Part shown: piece by piece, positions 1 through 14,249 of the stretch
Numbering within the stretch: the first letter of the stretch is position 1
How the letters are laid out: each line of letters starts with the position of its first letter
Source: Amoebidium appalachense
Lineage: Eukaryota; Protista; Ichthyosporea
NCBI GenBank assembly: GCA_963693365.1
Contig: CAVNZM010000018.1
Location: 1,836,728 to 1,900,727, forward strand
Reading direction: 5' to 3'
Length of the DNA: 64,000 nt
Program-made: the position numbers and the translations under genes
Notes under the pieces: model-generated
What the model saw: only the letters and a program-made list of their open reading frames with translations
Database searches by the model: none
What the model was told of the DNA's origin: nothing

Positions 1-323
1 TCCCGTCGTGGGAACAACCCACAACGGCATGCTTTCATTGGCTGATTCTTCCTTCTCCGGGACTTCCCCGGATGACGTAATGCTCGCGGCCCGGTGGAGG
101 GGAGGAGGGGGCCAGTAGTGTTCTGGCGTGTTCCATGTGGGAAGAAGTAACGTGACCGTGGTCTGTTTGATTGGTCGATGATGGTGGCGGAACGTTTGAG
201 CGAGACGCGCGGGCGGGTTGGGCGCATATGCACCTGTGGTTGGAAGCAGGCCGATTGTTAGATTATTTTGAACTCTTTTAATTACGATGCATGTTGACAT
301 GGGTTTCCAAAATCTTCACTACT

Positions 324-445
324 TCATAAAGAGTATTGACAGAAACTGGGGAATCTGAAGTCTAGGGCGGTGATATCAGTGACAGAACTGCCTTGTGATG
401 TGATTTTTTTTCTCTTCTTCTTTTTTTTTTTTTGGGTGGTAATGG

Positions 446-477
<32 letters not shown>

Positions 478-1861
478 GGGGGGGGGGGGAGGGGGCGGGG
501 GAGAGAGACGGAGGGGGGAATGGGGGGGGGGGGGGGTTTTGAATGCGTCAAAAAGTACGAAGTACACAAGAACAAACGGATAACACGATGCAGAATGCAA
601 GCCATACATAAAGAGTATGCATAATAAGCAGAGCCCATCCTCAGGGGGGGCCCACGTCATCCACAGTACCCGAGTTTCGACCTATTCCCCTCGTTAACGA
701 AACCCAACTCAGATACTGTTTCACTTGAACATGAGTAGGTCACCCGTCTTGATCAGAGACGAGCAGGGTTGCTTATGCAGGCAAGGGCAGTGGGAAAGGC
801 CGGGGGTTAAAGTTGCAGCAGTAAGCAGAAGCAAGAAAAATATAGATAGGAACTCAGGAGACGGGGCTTCTAGGAAGCTCCCCCGTCGATACCTAAGTCG
901 ATACTTCCCTGGCTAACATACTACACCAGCTGAAAAGAATTAAGTCCCGAAGGCCACAGAATTCGGGGGGGGGGGGTACCTTAGATGTGCCATGCACGCA
1001 CAGTTAGAAGCGCGAAACGGCTCCGTAGTACCGTAGCTGTCCTCCTGCCAGACTTTTCCTGCTTCGGAATTTTCGCGCGAATTTTCACGGAACATCGTGC
1101 GAATTTTCCGACATCTACAAACCGTAAAAACCACAGAAACCACAATCAGCCACGCGGCAAACATTATGAACGCGGCGTTCCAAGCTCCCAGCACATACGA
1201 ACTCGGAATAATGAATTCTCCCGTGTTTACTTTCCAATTTACGCAATATTCGGGTATATCCTGGGCCTCCTGCTCCAGGTACCACCCGTATTTACCGTCC
1301 TCCAAAAACGCCTCTTTGATTGGTCGCCCCCTCCATTGGATTGGCTGGTCGTATCCAAGCGCAAAAACCGCAGTGGCGGGAACGTCGACGTTCAGGACGG
1401 GGGTAAAAATTTCCTTTCCAACCCGCGATTGGCTGAAACCGCCTCCCCATAAAATTAAAGTCGTCTGTAATTGGTTGATTTTAAAATCCCCGTGCATGAA
1501 CCCGGAGTCGGTTCGGCCGTGGTCGCTCACCAGAAAGACCAACGTGCGCTCCTTCCTTCCGGAATCTTCGATGGCGTCCAAAAAGCGACCAATGGCGGTG
1601 TCCGCATTGTTGACCTGGAGAGGGGGGGGTAAAAAAATGGTGTCAGATCTATTATTAAAGCCACAACCAGATAGAACATGGTAGGAGAAATCGAAGATTG
1701 GTGTGGTATGCCTGCACACACGGGGGCCGGGGAGAGGGTGTGTGTGTGTGTGTGCGGGGAGGGAGGGGGGGGGGGGGGGGGGGGGGGGGAGGGGACATCA
1801 GAGACCGGCTAAAAAACACAGCAGGAGTCGTGGATGTGCCACGGGGCGTGGTGGTGGTTGT

Positions 1862-1897
<36 letters not shown>

Positions 1898-2179
1898 GGG
1901 AGGGGAGGGAGGGGGGGGGGAGGGGGGGGGGGGAGGGGGGGGGGGGGGGGGGGGGGGGGGATTTCTAAGGTCTGTTTTCCAAACCGAGCAAAAATGACTG
2001 GAAAACACAGGACAGCAACCTGAAAACACAATGTCTCAGAGAACAGCACAGGTATCAGCACGCCTCCCTCCCCCCCCCCCCCCCCCCCCCCTCCCCCCCC
2101 CCCCCCCCCCCCCCCCCCCTCTCCCCGGTGCACGCGCAGGGGGTCACCCATCCACTACCCCTATCCAAACACACACACG

Positions 2180-2240
<61 letters not shown>

Positions 2241-3452
2241 TCACCATCCCGTCTACGGCCACATGTATAACCTTTTAAACCCCGGACTACATACACCCAT
2301 TGCATTCTTGCATCTCTAGGTTCAATCACCTAGTTTTCCACATGAACTTAAAATTTTGGTTATATTTTAAATCTGCTTTATAACTTTATGCTTTCGCCCG
2401 CCCGCCCACCTGCCTGTCGTAGTACGGGCCGTACCCCTTGGCATGCCCCATCTCATCCACCTCATCCAACTGCAAAAACATAAATTCCGGCTTGTTGATT
2501 TTAAAATACTCCCCGGCCCTTATCGCAAGCTCCATATCATGCAGCCCAGTCACCGTAACGTTACGAAATCTCTCCGGCCCGGGGAGGTGGGGGGCGAATT
2601 TTTTCCAACCGACGAAAAGTCCCGTGGTAGCGTCCGGTTTTTGGACCCTCAAAACGTTGAAAATGTCGGGTGTGGTGGCACACTTTCCGTCTGGGCGGGT
2701 ATTGATATCGGGGACGTGTGCGTCTCTGTACGTGTGTGTGTGTGTGTGTGTGAGTGTGTGTGAGTGTGTGTGTGTTGTGTGTATGTGTGTGTGTGTGGGG
2801 GGGGGGGGGGGGGGGGGGGGGGGAGAGAGGGGAGGGGAGGGGAGAGGGGGAGGGAGGGAGGGAGGGAGGAAAGGGGTTGTGGGGAGACTCGGGATGACGG
2901 GCGGGAGGGGGGGGGAGAGGGGGTTTGAATGCGGAACACAGTACGAAGTACGCATACACGATGAGAAGCATGGTGCAGGACACATGCAAAGGCAAACATT
3001 CAAGTATGCAGCATCAGCCATGCGCACAGTATGCGTCATAAGCAGAGCCCATCCTCAGGGAGGGCCCAAGTCATCAATTGCGTCTGAGTTTCGACCCCTT
3101 AGCCCGCGTATATACGACGCTCCAACTCAGACAGCAGCATCAACTGAACTTGGGTGGGTCAACCCGTCTTGATCAAAGACGAGCAGGGTTGCTTATGCAA
3201 GCAAGGTGAGCAAAACGGTGAATATGTGTGTGCAAACTAATGCAGTGCAGCGACAAACGCGTATGTGCTTGCAGATGCACGACACAGAGCAACCATGCCC
3301 GGTTGCATGGAAGTAAAGATGTCTCCACACAGTGGTCTGGCCTGAAAGGACACCTCGGGGGGGAGGGGCTTGTGGGCGGTGGGGGGGGAAAGGTTGGTGT
3401 GTGTAAGGGGGGCTGAGGGTTGGGTGGGGGAAATTGCGTGTATAGGTGTGTG

Positions 3453-3505
<53 letters not shown>

Positions 3506-4310
3506 TGTGTGTGTCATTGTGTCGTGCCCACGTGCACTCGCACATGCTATGACTGGGTGTATTGAGGCAGGGCAGGAAGGGGGGGTGGAGGAGAGAAAGG
3601 GCAGTGTGGAGGGGGGGGGGGGGGGGGGGACATATATTCAGTGGCAAGAAGAAAGAAAGGTAGGGAGACATGGTGGTAGTGATGGTTGCAGCCTATTGTG
3701 AAGTCACCCGGGGGTACCCACACAGGTGGGTATACATGGGGGAGCCTTTCTTGCCTCTATATGTGCATGTATGCATTCGTAGACGGCTGGCTGTCTTTGT
3801 GTGTTCTGTGTATGGCACACGCCCGCGCGTGTGTGTGTGTGTGTGTGGGTGTGTGGGTGGGTATGGGTGTGGCTGGGTGGGCGTGCGGCTGGGTGGGGAG
3901 AGGGATTGGGCGCGGAGTTGGGGGGGGGCCGGGGGGGGGGGGGGGGTGTGAGGGGGTGAGGAGGGGGGCGGGGGGAAGAGGGTAGCTTACGTCGGATCCC
4001 AAAAGTTGTTCCCCACACCACTCTCGGATGGGGTTGCGGAGCGAAGCATGGCAACCCAGTTGGGTGCTGAAATAGATGGAAAAACAGAGCGCGCGTTGTG
4101 TGTATAGAACCCCTCCCTCTTCATTCGTTGAATGTTAGGTGCGTACTCGGGCCCTCTTGCCATAAATGGTTCGAGGAAATGTGAGCCCATACCGTCCACC
4201 CCGAGAATGACGACGTGGTCTGCGTAGCGCGTGCCTGGTGCGCGTGGTTGACCCATGGAATGCGCGAGTGAGAGCATGGTTGCCGCTATTAGAGATTGAA
4301 AGAGAGTCAT
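324..4310 (-). CDS. Alkaline phosphatase / type I phosphodiesterase-nucleotide pyrophosphatase superfamily protein, signal peptide plus C-terminal TM helix (~444 aa)
   Basis: Phase-consistent exons 4310-3991 (donor GTAAGC), 2725-2410, 1614-980, and a probable last exon 387-324. If the GTACCC donor at 979 is unused, the frame reads through to a stop at 940. Motifs VILGVDG, PSISAPNW (nucleophile), DEVDEMGH, VSDHG and HG are present, with a hydrophobic N-terminus and TM segment AAFIMFAAWLIVVSVVFTVC. Confidence 0.85.
537..965 (-). mobile_element. Dispersed structured retroposon-like element, subfamily A, copy 1
   Basis: Near-identical to 56150-56575 over ~430 bp. C-runs flank both ends on the element strand. 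Ends ...gacgcattcaaaa-poly(C). Confidence 0.85.
2924..3356 (-). mobile_element. Dispersed element, subfamily B, copy 1 (intron 1 of phosphatase gene)
   Basis: Near-identical to 19993-20426 and to the reverse complement of 35853-36204. Shares core blocks with subfamily A (gagcccatcctcaggg, gagtttcgacc, ccaactcaga, acccgtcttgatcaRagacgagcagggttgcttatgca). Confidence 0.85.
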
Positions 4311-6066
4311 TTTCTTCTAGAAGTGTGGTGCAGTTTTAGGTGATGTTTATGTCGTGTTCAGGTGGATGTGGATGAAGGTGGAGGAGAGGGTGGATTATTG
4401 TGGTTCTTAGCGTGTGTAGCATAGGTCAGGGAAACGCTGATGTTGGACAAAGATCTTGGAGTTTTCTACAGCTATGAATTGAAAAGCTTTCAAATGTGTC
4501 AGTATGCCGGTCGTTATTATGCGGTTGCTCAACCGGTTCATAATTACTTATTCTGCAGGAATCAGATGTGCTTCTAAGGTTTATCATGGATCCAATTACA
4601 AACAGTTTTCGTTGCATGTATATTGGGGTACCGACAGTTTTGCTCGCCAGATTGTTTTTCCACACGTGACACACATAGAGCTTTCAGATTTAATCTACAG
4701 TGCTGCTTGGCCTCTGATGATATTGTGTCTTTTCTCAGAGCATTGAAATGTTTCTGCAAGCATGTGGATGTGTTGTCGGGGATTTGAGTGCTGAAAATAA
4801 TTGGAAGAACTTTGCAATTGTGTTATGCACAGTGGGTCTAACCTGTGTTGATTAATAAAAACTATTCAGGTAGTGGTTAAACGCAATTTATATATATTGC
4901 GTACATCTACTATAAGACCCCACATGTGCAGTAACACGTACTGGGGCCCCACCACACACAAAACGACACCAACAAACTGACAACTTTCTCGTTTTGGGTG
5001 GCTGGGCGCCCGCAGGCCCGGCTGAATAGAACCTGTCACCCCATACCGACTACAAGATCTAAATGCCATTGAATAAACCCTCCTAATCTATATTTTTCGA
5101 CATCGCAGTTATTTCTAATTCTAACATCATAATGATAATTTTGACACTAATCATATGAAAATTGCTTTTAAAGATTTTTATAATAATATACTATTGGTTT
5201 TTTTTTACCATTTGTTTTAGCAAAATGTATTAATTTAGCTAGATAACAGCATGGTCAAATGTCTTCTTGTAAATTTCTTGACTTTTGAAGGCTGGATCTA
5301 GGGGTCTGTGTACATCGTGTATGGCTTACAGTATAAGCCACATGATTGGCTCTCATCATCCAATCAAAAGAACTAACCCATGAGCAGCTTTGGAAGCCAT
5401 CGCTTATTGGCTAATCTTGGTGGTGAGCACTGAGCCCAGGCCCCAGAGTATTCAAGTAAACAAGATCTACCGTGACTTTACACAAATCAAACGCATAGTT
5501 TGGTTTAGATCTTCCGTTCTTCAGAATGTATACACGTCATCTATGACATACATACTTCATTATATAAGCATGCATATACTCTTTTATGTCTTTTTTTTGA
5601 GCCATGCCTTTGTGCTGAAATAAATCTGCACGCGGCGGTCAGCGTCGTTGAATCGTTGCCCAGCAGAATTTTATTGCAACCAATCCAAAGCCATCATTTT
5701 ATTCATTGGTCCATTTGGTGGTGATGGCGGGAGATCTGACCCGGCTGACTGTTGAGGCTCTGACTGTCTGAGCTGAGCAGCACAGCACGTGCACAGAGCC
5801 AGTCGCTGTGTTGTGAGGCGTGCGTCACCTCTTGTATAAGTTAGCGTCACACGTTCTGTACGTCTTGCATTGTCCAGCCGCCCCGGTCACAAACGTACGC
5901 CGACATGTACACTCATGAGTGTCTATACGTACGTGCGTGCACCCCTCCATCTTTCCCAACTAACACGCACGCACGCGCGCATTCACGCACGAACGCATGC
6001 GAACATGCACACTCACTCGCAAACACACACACACGCACACACGCACACACACACACACACACACAT

Positions 6067-6101
<35 letters not shown>

Positions 6102-6440
6102 GTGACACACACACACACACACACGCTCACCAAAGGACAAACAGCTTGGTAATAATGCAAAAACGTAATCATGAATACAGAGCTACTATTGCTAACCTCT
6201 ACAGGTATCCGTAACTTTAGTCGTGCAATAATGATCATTGCACTAATCTTTTAAGTCTTTGTGTAATTAGAGTTAGTAGTTTTATTGGCCGCTCACTGCT
6301 GGCAGTTGTAGTGGGACCGTCACTCAAGCGCTGGCCGCATCTGATTGGCTGAGCAGTAGGGGGAACCCAGACATGTCCGTAGTTTTAAATACGGCGTGTA
6401 GTTCCCTTGTGAAGATGGAAGGGTGCACGTGGTGGTGATT

Positions 6441-6485
<45 letters not shown>

Positions 6486-7171
6486 GTCTAGCTAAAGCGG
6501 GAAGGGGGGGGGGAGGGGGAGGGGGGATTGTCTAGATAAAGCGGGACCCACCTCCACCAATACACACACACACACACACACACACCGTGGCACACACACA
6601 CACACACAGACACAACAAAAAAAAAAGGCGTCGATGTATGGTCTGATAAGAATCATTCATTGCAGGTGGCCGTTATGTTTTTGTGGACCAACAAACCTGT
6701 TTTAGTAGCCATACAACATGTTTTTCATGTTCTCCGTTACAAACGGTTGTGACCTTTGCTGCACACTTGCATTACTATCATCAGATAGACTCTTGCATTC
6801 GCATATATCAACTAAACTAGCAATATTGAGGTTGTAAAGGCGACAAACTAATAATTAGCATTGATACGGGGTCTATGGTTGTCATTCTTGCTAAGAATAG
6901 AAGTACTGGCACACTATACACCGAGTCGGTATGCTCGTTTTCTCTGTACAAGGAATTGACGAAAAGTACTTTACGATTATAATATGTAAACTAATCTATG
7001 TTGTTACATACACTAACAGCTCAAGAGGCTATTACGGTAAAAAAGTGATGAATACAAAAACACAAAATACCACTAATAGCAAATGAAATCAGGAAGTTAC
7101 CTAATACAGAGGCAAAGACGAATATTATCAAAAGATTACACACTAATTTTACCAGATAGCTCCCAAAACCA

Positions 7172-7247
7172 TAGAATCATTTCAGCACCTCGGACAAATA
7201 GGCGCCATTTTTTGTGCCCAATTACTTAGAATCATTTCAGCACCTCG
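7172..7247. repeat. 21-bp direct repeat (tagaatcatttcagcacctcg) x2
   Basis: Identical copies at 7172-7192 and 7227-7247. Confidence 0.7.
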
Positions 7248-7346
7248 TACTGACACACAAGTCATTACACCAGGGGATAGGGGGTACTATACGGAATTTC
7301 ACACCGCTCACCCACCAAAATCGCCGCCATGCCATGAAAATGCAGG

Positions 7347-9612
7347 CTACGTAGCCCGCCCCTGCCTGTCCCCGTACCGCATCAATTTTTCCGCCCAAAA
7401 CCTCACAATATTCCTTACGGTAGCTTCGTGGTAGTCACACCCTTTCCTCTCTTCCGGAAGCATACCCAGTAACTTCTGAATACACCCTAAATGGGTCGAC
7501 CAAGAATACGAATTCATCTCGTCGCAAAAATCGCTCGTTTTGTGGATCCCCACTACTACACGCATGACCAGAGAAACGTCCCCACGGTTTTTACACACCG
7601 ACGCAAAAGACCTCCGAACCTCCTCAAGGAGACTGTTTTCAGGTCGGGCCGGTTCGGGCCGGACAAATCCGGACATGTCGACCGAGATCGACCCTTTGCG
7701 CCCCCACCGGCGGTCGATTTTACGCACGGGCGGTGGCAGTGGTTGCTGCTGGCCGCCGGCGGAATTTTCCGGAAGGTCACGCACGTGTTTTTCGTTCCCG
7801 CATGCTGATTCGGCGTCTTGAACCATTAAGTTGGCTGGGTTGCGCTTACTCGTGTGAAGGGCTGTTGTGTACGGGTGGCCCGGGGGAGGAGGGCTGCGCC
7901 TAACAAGACCCGGCCCGGTAGCTACCGGCCCGATATTGACATCGGGAAAGGACGCCGACCTATGGGAAAGTTCGCTCGCGAGCGTAAATCTCCGAACAGG
8001 AATGCGGCGAGGTTGTTCCATCGATTGGCTTTCCTTCGATAACGGGAAAGCAAATGATTGGGCGGAATTAGGCGGGCTGCGATCCCACCCCCTGACGGGA
8101 CTTCCGGTCCAAAACTCACGGTCATACGGGCCGGATTGCGACCCGATTTGCTCGTTCCGCTGGCTCGACCCGTCCCAATGGCTCATCGCGTCCGACGGCC
8201 GGTTGTGGTCGAAGGGAGTGAGTGACATGGGGCTGTCGATGGGTTCTTTGTGATTTTGTGCACGTGTACGTGGGGGAAAACTGTGTTGCCTCTCCAAGGG
8301 TGCTTTTCGAATCGGGTCAGAGTATGTTTGTGACGCCACGGTACTGGTGAGCAGGTGCGACCCGTGACCAGGCCCGTATTCGCGGGAAGACGCGTGACTC
8401 AAAAACGACGTGTCTCGGTGCGTGGTTGGGTGGTGTTGTTGTTGTGGTTGTGCGTAGGAATGTGTTCGGTGAGAATCGGTGGTTGTTGTCTGATGGTCTG
8501 ATAGCGAACTATTGCAAGAAAAAAGACTTGGTTTGGAGTATATTTGTTCGGAAGGCGTGTATGTGGCTACATGTTCGGAGGAAGAACCCGAATGCGGACT
8601 GTCCGTATAGTAACTCTGTGTCTCCCCGACTAATCTGCTTGCGTACACACGTGAATTTCTGTGTGGTTGTTGCTCAGATATTTCGGGGCGGTGTGTTTGT
8701 ATGTCGGGGTATTGGGGTTGGCTGTATTGTATTGGTTGTGTGTCGCGGTGGTAGCTTGGTCTTCTGAGGGATGGCGGGTCTGAGTGTTGGCGATCGTCGA
8801 AAAACATTGCGCGGTCTGGGTGGTGGGTGGTGTGTGACGGCGACCAATTCTGTGGAAGGGAAAACAAAATAAATGGATTGATTAGGAACATTTTACTTCC
8901 AAACTCATTACAGGGGCTTGTCCTAACAAAATGTTTGTAAGCACAGAGACAGATACACACACACGAAATGCACCCACACACATCCACACAACTACACACA
9001 CAGAAATAGACACATACAAATATGTGCACGTGGCACACATGAAAATGCACAAGTGTATCGGCATTCCTTTACAACAACGGTGCATTTACCAGAAGGACGA
9101 AGGCATTTCATTGCACACACAGACAAGTGTGTTCAGTTAGCGAGGATAAATAATGCAACAAAGAACAGAAAAGAAAAACAACAAATAAATAACTAAAGCA
9201 GAGAGAATAAAAACTGTGCGGGACAGAGAGAGGGTAAATGAATCAAACCACGAACATAAAATTATCAGTTTATTATGTTTGTGCATGGGAAGGTGCGTTT
9301 GTGCCTAAAGGACAAACTACAAACTACAAAACGTTACAAAAATGACAAACCCGAAATCAAAACGCAGAAAGCGCGCAGGCAGACACTTGAACAGAGCCCA
9401 TCAACAGACGGGGACCAATGTCTCCGCGGCGGGGGGGGGGGGGGGGGGGGGGGAGGGGGTGTTACTCACTCTGTCAGAGCCACTATCCCTGTTGTATTCC
9501 GCAGGCCAGGTGTTCGAATTAGCGTATTCCGGAGAATATCTGTTTGCAATTGCCAAACATTTGGCACAATGATGGGGAAAGATGGGGAGGAGTGAAGGGA
9601 AAAGGTGGTGGT

Positions 9613-9672
<60 letters not shown>

Positions 9673-10505
9673 GGGGGGGGGGGATGTATGCGTTAGAGGG
9701 GGGGGGGGGGGGGTTTCACACCCATTTACACACCGTAAACATGCCCATTTTTGCATAAACAGAAAGTAAGTGAGCGTTTTGCCTTTAGTAACATTGCTTC
9801 TCAGGGGATTCCCTTCCTCCCCCCTCCCCCCCCCCCCTCGTTCTCTGACGCAAACAACAAAAGCCATTTCCCTCAAACGAGCACAAAGCGCCACTCCGCA
9901 CAATACGCCAGGTTTCCGGGCAAACACAACATGCTGTAAATAATCCGTTTTGATTTCGTCTTCTCTAGCTTTTCTATCCTGCAACCCATTAGTCCAAAAG
10001 TGCACGCTGTGTCCATGCTTGTAACTTATCCCCTACAAACCCACACAAGCATAAAGGGGCTCTCTTTTAGGAATACGGGTCGGGTCAGGTCCGACCCATT
10101 TGCGCTTTGTGATGGGCCAGGTGCGTACTAACCATTAACCATTATTTTGGCCTGACCCAAGGGGCCAGTAAATCGGCCTAAAAGAAACCCCTTTAAACAC
10201 GACCCATGTTTCGCTTGCCACACATACGCCAACACGCGCAAATATAACACTCCCCCCCCCCCCCCCCCCCACCTCCCATCCCCCGCTTCCCCCTTCTAAA
10301 CCCATACAACGAACCCATTTCAACCCATGCATGTTGCGTACCTGTGTCTCTGCTCCCCCTCCCACGCATCATGACTCCTCCTCTCTGCGTGCGTATATTT
10401 CTCCTGTATGCGTGACCGTTGACTGCCGGTCACATATGGTGGCATGGCGTCGCAAGTCATCTCATCACCCCCATGGGAGGCGTGGTTATAGGCCTGCCCA
10501 TCCAT
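7347..10505 (-). CDS. Uncharacterised protein (~578 aa): Ser/Pro/His/Gln-rich disordered region plus ~100-aa C-terminal helical-looking domain
   Basis: Phase-consistent exons 10505-10342 (donor GTACGC, phase 2), 9539-9470 (donor GTGAGT) and 8849-7347 (1.5-kb open exon). CAG directly precedes the ATG at 10505, so further upstream exons are possible. No family recognised. Confidence 0.7.
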
Positions 10506-11867
10506 CTGCGACTTGTTTTCAGCAGCCCATGCCTGGAATGAGGGAAATGCGTGTGAGGATGGGATGGGGATAGTGTGAGAGTATTTGTGCGAGGGCCATA
10601 AAAGCTTTACCGATGGTGGGCTTCACCAGCGAAAGTGAAGGGATTTAGAGGTATTTTGGGTTATTTCTCATTTCTCCTAAGTAGGTATGCAACCCCATAA
10701 TTATTGTTTTCCGGCCTACATTGCTCTCACCCTCGTACCCGCAGGATCCAAAAGAGAAATGATCACCGAATATACATACATACAAAGTCCTCGTTTGACT
10801 TATTCTACCAAAGCGGCAACACGGCGCGTTTCTTACTAAGGGCATGTGTCTGCGAAATTGCACGGGACAAACACAACTAATATCAGCCATTCAACAGATG
10901 CTAAGTAATGGTAGGCTATGTGCCCCATTGAACTTCCATTTTCAGGTTCACACCCCATCTTCAAAACCTGCATTGCTTTTTAAAAGGGGACAGAGCCGCA
11001 ACCATGGCGAATGTACAGCCCACAGCAAATCAAAATACAGGACACGGCTTGGATGAAATAGAGTGAGATGATCTCTGATGTGCACAAGATCCGTCGATGT
11101 TTAGCACCATGTGCACATTTAGAGCTCTCAGACAGCACCCCAAACAAACCTTGGCGAAGGCACATACACACATGCACCCGAGTCAATGCAAGTCTACCTA
11201 CCTCTTGCGATTGCACGTTTCAATGTTTTCATCAGTGCCGCATCACCATTAATTCGACAAGTGCTATCATAGAGCCAGGATCATGTGCTTTGAATAGTGG
11301 AATGGTACAGTTCTCTTGAACCAATTGTGAATTGTTCCTTTTTCGTAAGCAATCCTTCCACTTATGAAATGCAGAATTGCCTTTCATGAACACCTACAAT
11401 AGAGCGTACGTTGCTGTGTTTGCAATGTACATGCCATGCTAGAAGCATTCAAAGCATTCATATGTTGCCCACGTACAACCCTCCAGCAGTCAGATTGCTG
11501 GATTAGCCAACAACCGAAAAGATCGGATGATACAAGTAAGGCCCCAAAAGACAATAATAAGGTCCTGTCTTACAGGTGGCTAATATGTAGTATGCGCTTG
11601 GTTGTTGCAAACTACGTTCTGTCCGCAGTGTGAAGCAAACAAACTAAAGGTTTCAACTATCGAACGGCAACATATATGTTTAGCTTGTGTGTTGACTATG
11701 ACTATTTCATGGCTGGCTTTCACGATTCGCGGCGCGCACCCCCTCACAGGCTGTGAAATTAGGTGGTTTATGGCCACAGAAGCACCCCTGAGGCATCGAA
11801 AACTGTCTCTAACTTTTTGAGGTTGAGTCCACCATTTTTTCAGCCAGTAGCTCTAATACAGCCAAAT

Positions 11868-11900
<33 letters not shown>

Positions 11901-14128
11901 GTGTAACCCCATAAACTTTTGGTGGCTCTACTATAATAGGTGCTTCCAGGCATTGGAAAAGTTTGGCCGAAAATGCATAAGGCAAGCGGTATGGCAACAG
12001 CCAGAAACGAATTTCACACCCTGATAAATGGTAGGCGACCGTTGTTTTGATTGAGGAATGGTTAAACCAATCAGCATGTGTCCAAGAATAGCGCATGGTT
12101 TTCAACCAATTAAATGAAAGTAATCAGCAGGCGCGGTCTTCAGATCTCAGTTTAGATCTGGTGTATGAAAGTCTACATATGCGGCGCCGCGGAGATATAA
12201 TGACGAGAGCGTAAGCTATAATGACAGGTATTTAATTATGAATCATTTGTACATATCCGTTTTCCATTATACGACATTGTAGAAAGGTCGAGCAGAAGCT
12301 GTTTACACACCGTTAGAAAAAAATTATACATTTTAGACGAATCAGAACGGATATTGTCCAAAATGATGTTCGTAACCTATTGTTGATTGGTTATCAATTT
12401 TCATTGGACCGACTGGATCACTGGAACTCTGCAACACGTCCCGCATCTTTCAAGTAGAACTTTGTACAACATTTAATACACGTTATAAAGGACCTACCGG
12501 TGCAGAAACATAGCCGGTGTTGTCCACAATGCCTAATTTTGCGTTCCAATTCTGCATATGCAATGGAGGGAAAAATCCGAGCAAGCAAACTGACACAAAC
12601 CTACAAGTGCAATCCTGTAGCCAAAAAATCCAATAACCCAATCGAATGAGTTGAGTCAGGAAGGAATGTTGCGAGTGCCCACTACCGGCGATTGGTACGA
12701 GGAGAAGCATACATGGAATTGGAATGTTTATTCGAATACCAGCATATACTTAGGCCTTCTGTCTGCCTAAGCCGTGGCACAGTAAAATCATTATAATCCC
12801 CGAAGAAAATCTCCCGAATATTTTGGAGATGACGGTGTTGAACTGTGTTGTTACGGCTGTATTTGATCTTATCAAAGTGTTGGGTAGGTTTGGCAACTCC
12901 CGGGGTTGATTAGACCAATCCAATGTGTTAATCTCTATTTGTCAACCAATCATATTCCTAAGAGCAATGGACCAATAGCTGTTCGACTCATGATCGTGCT
13001 TGCCATGGCATAATATCGATGATGTGCGTGTATGCCCTTATTCGTGTAAGACGTGTGTTGCGTTATCTTTCTGCATTATTCCTGACTGATAATATTCCAT
13101 TTTATCATTAGGGTTTACATAGGCGCACAATCTATCGAAATATTGATATCCGGCAGTTTTAGATGTGGTCAAGGCTTCCTCCCAATCGCAATTGCAAGTT
13201 GGGCTTCAAAAAAGTTTCGCATGGCCCCCATGGTGCACGAGTAATCGAGGCGCCGCTCGGATTCCATGAAAGGGAACAAAGAAATTCCAGGCTGTCCTTG
13301 ACACTTCCAGAAGTTGACCGAAGATTGGCTCAGGCTCAGGCGTCTTGCAAGATCCTCATTTCACTGTGTGATGAGATGGCGATTTATTCTTGCACCAAAA
13401 TAAAAACAAATTCAGGATGACTCATTATCATTTTCAGTGCATCGTATATGTGAAGAGTCACTGCAGAGTGCAGACAACGTCAGTGTACACTGCAGTAGTG
13501 CCACGGTGTATGGACTGCAGAGTTATATATATGCAGATGTATGCACTGAGTATTGGGCTAATTATCATCATGACATTTGGACTGTGCATGTATACGTAGG
13601 TTGCAGATTTGACACTGTGACATTGCATACACATGTGCGAGTCATGATTAGTGACTCGAACACTCGCAGTGACGGTAATACAATAGTCCAATATATCGAC
13701 TATTATTTGATACTGGTCGAACAGACATGCTCTTACATAAAGCTTTGCTAAAATAGATATCACTCACAACCATGCAGACAAGGTAGTGGCATCCGTATAT
13801 GAAATGTGTTTGTGCACATGTACATACACATAAGTGTCATGACGTCGTACTGCTGGCGGCGCCGGTGCAGAGCCTATACAGTCTGCGGCGTGTGTCAGCG
13901 TGCTCATGATGAATCACATTCACAGGCTCTGTGATTGCATATCTCAGGCTTGTAGTTGCCTCTTGGCCAGTAGGATTGTAGGCCTAGGCCTACTTACAAA
14001 AGTCACAGATCTCTAATATTAGCTCGGCAGCTTCGAATAGTCATCATGATGATCATCGACGCGTACCGTACGGCGTACGATGACCTCAGCAGGTTCACAA
14101 TCACTGTGAATGACTATGCATATATATA

Positions 14129-14249
<121 letters not shown>

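Noticed and set aside
3070-3135. RNase P / snoRNA / 5S identity for the element (GUCUGAG..AACUCAGAC, UGAUGA..CUGA)
   Set aside because: Spacing is far too short for RNase P, box C is not conserved in subfamily A, there is no guide region, and the copy number and 5' truncation fit a retroposon.
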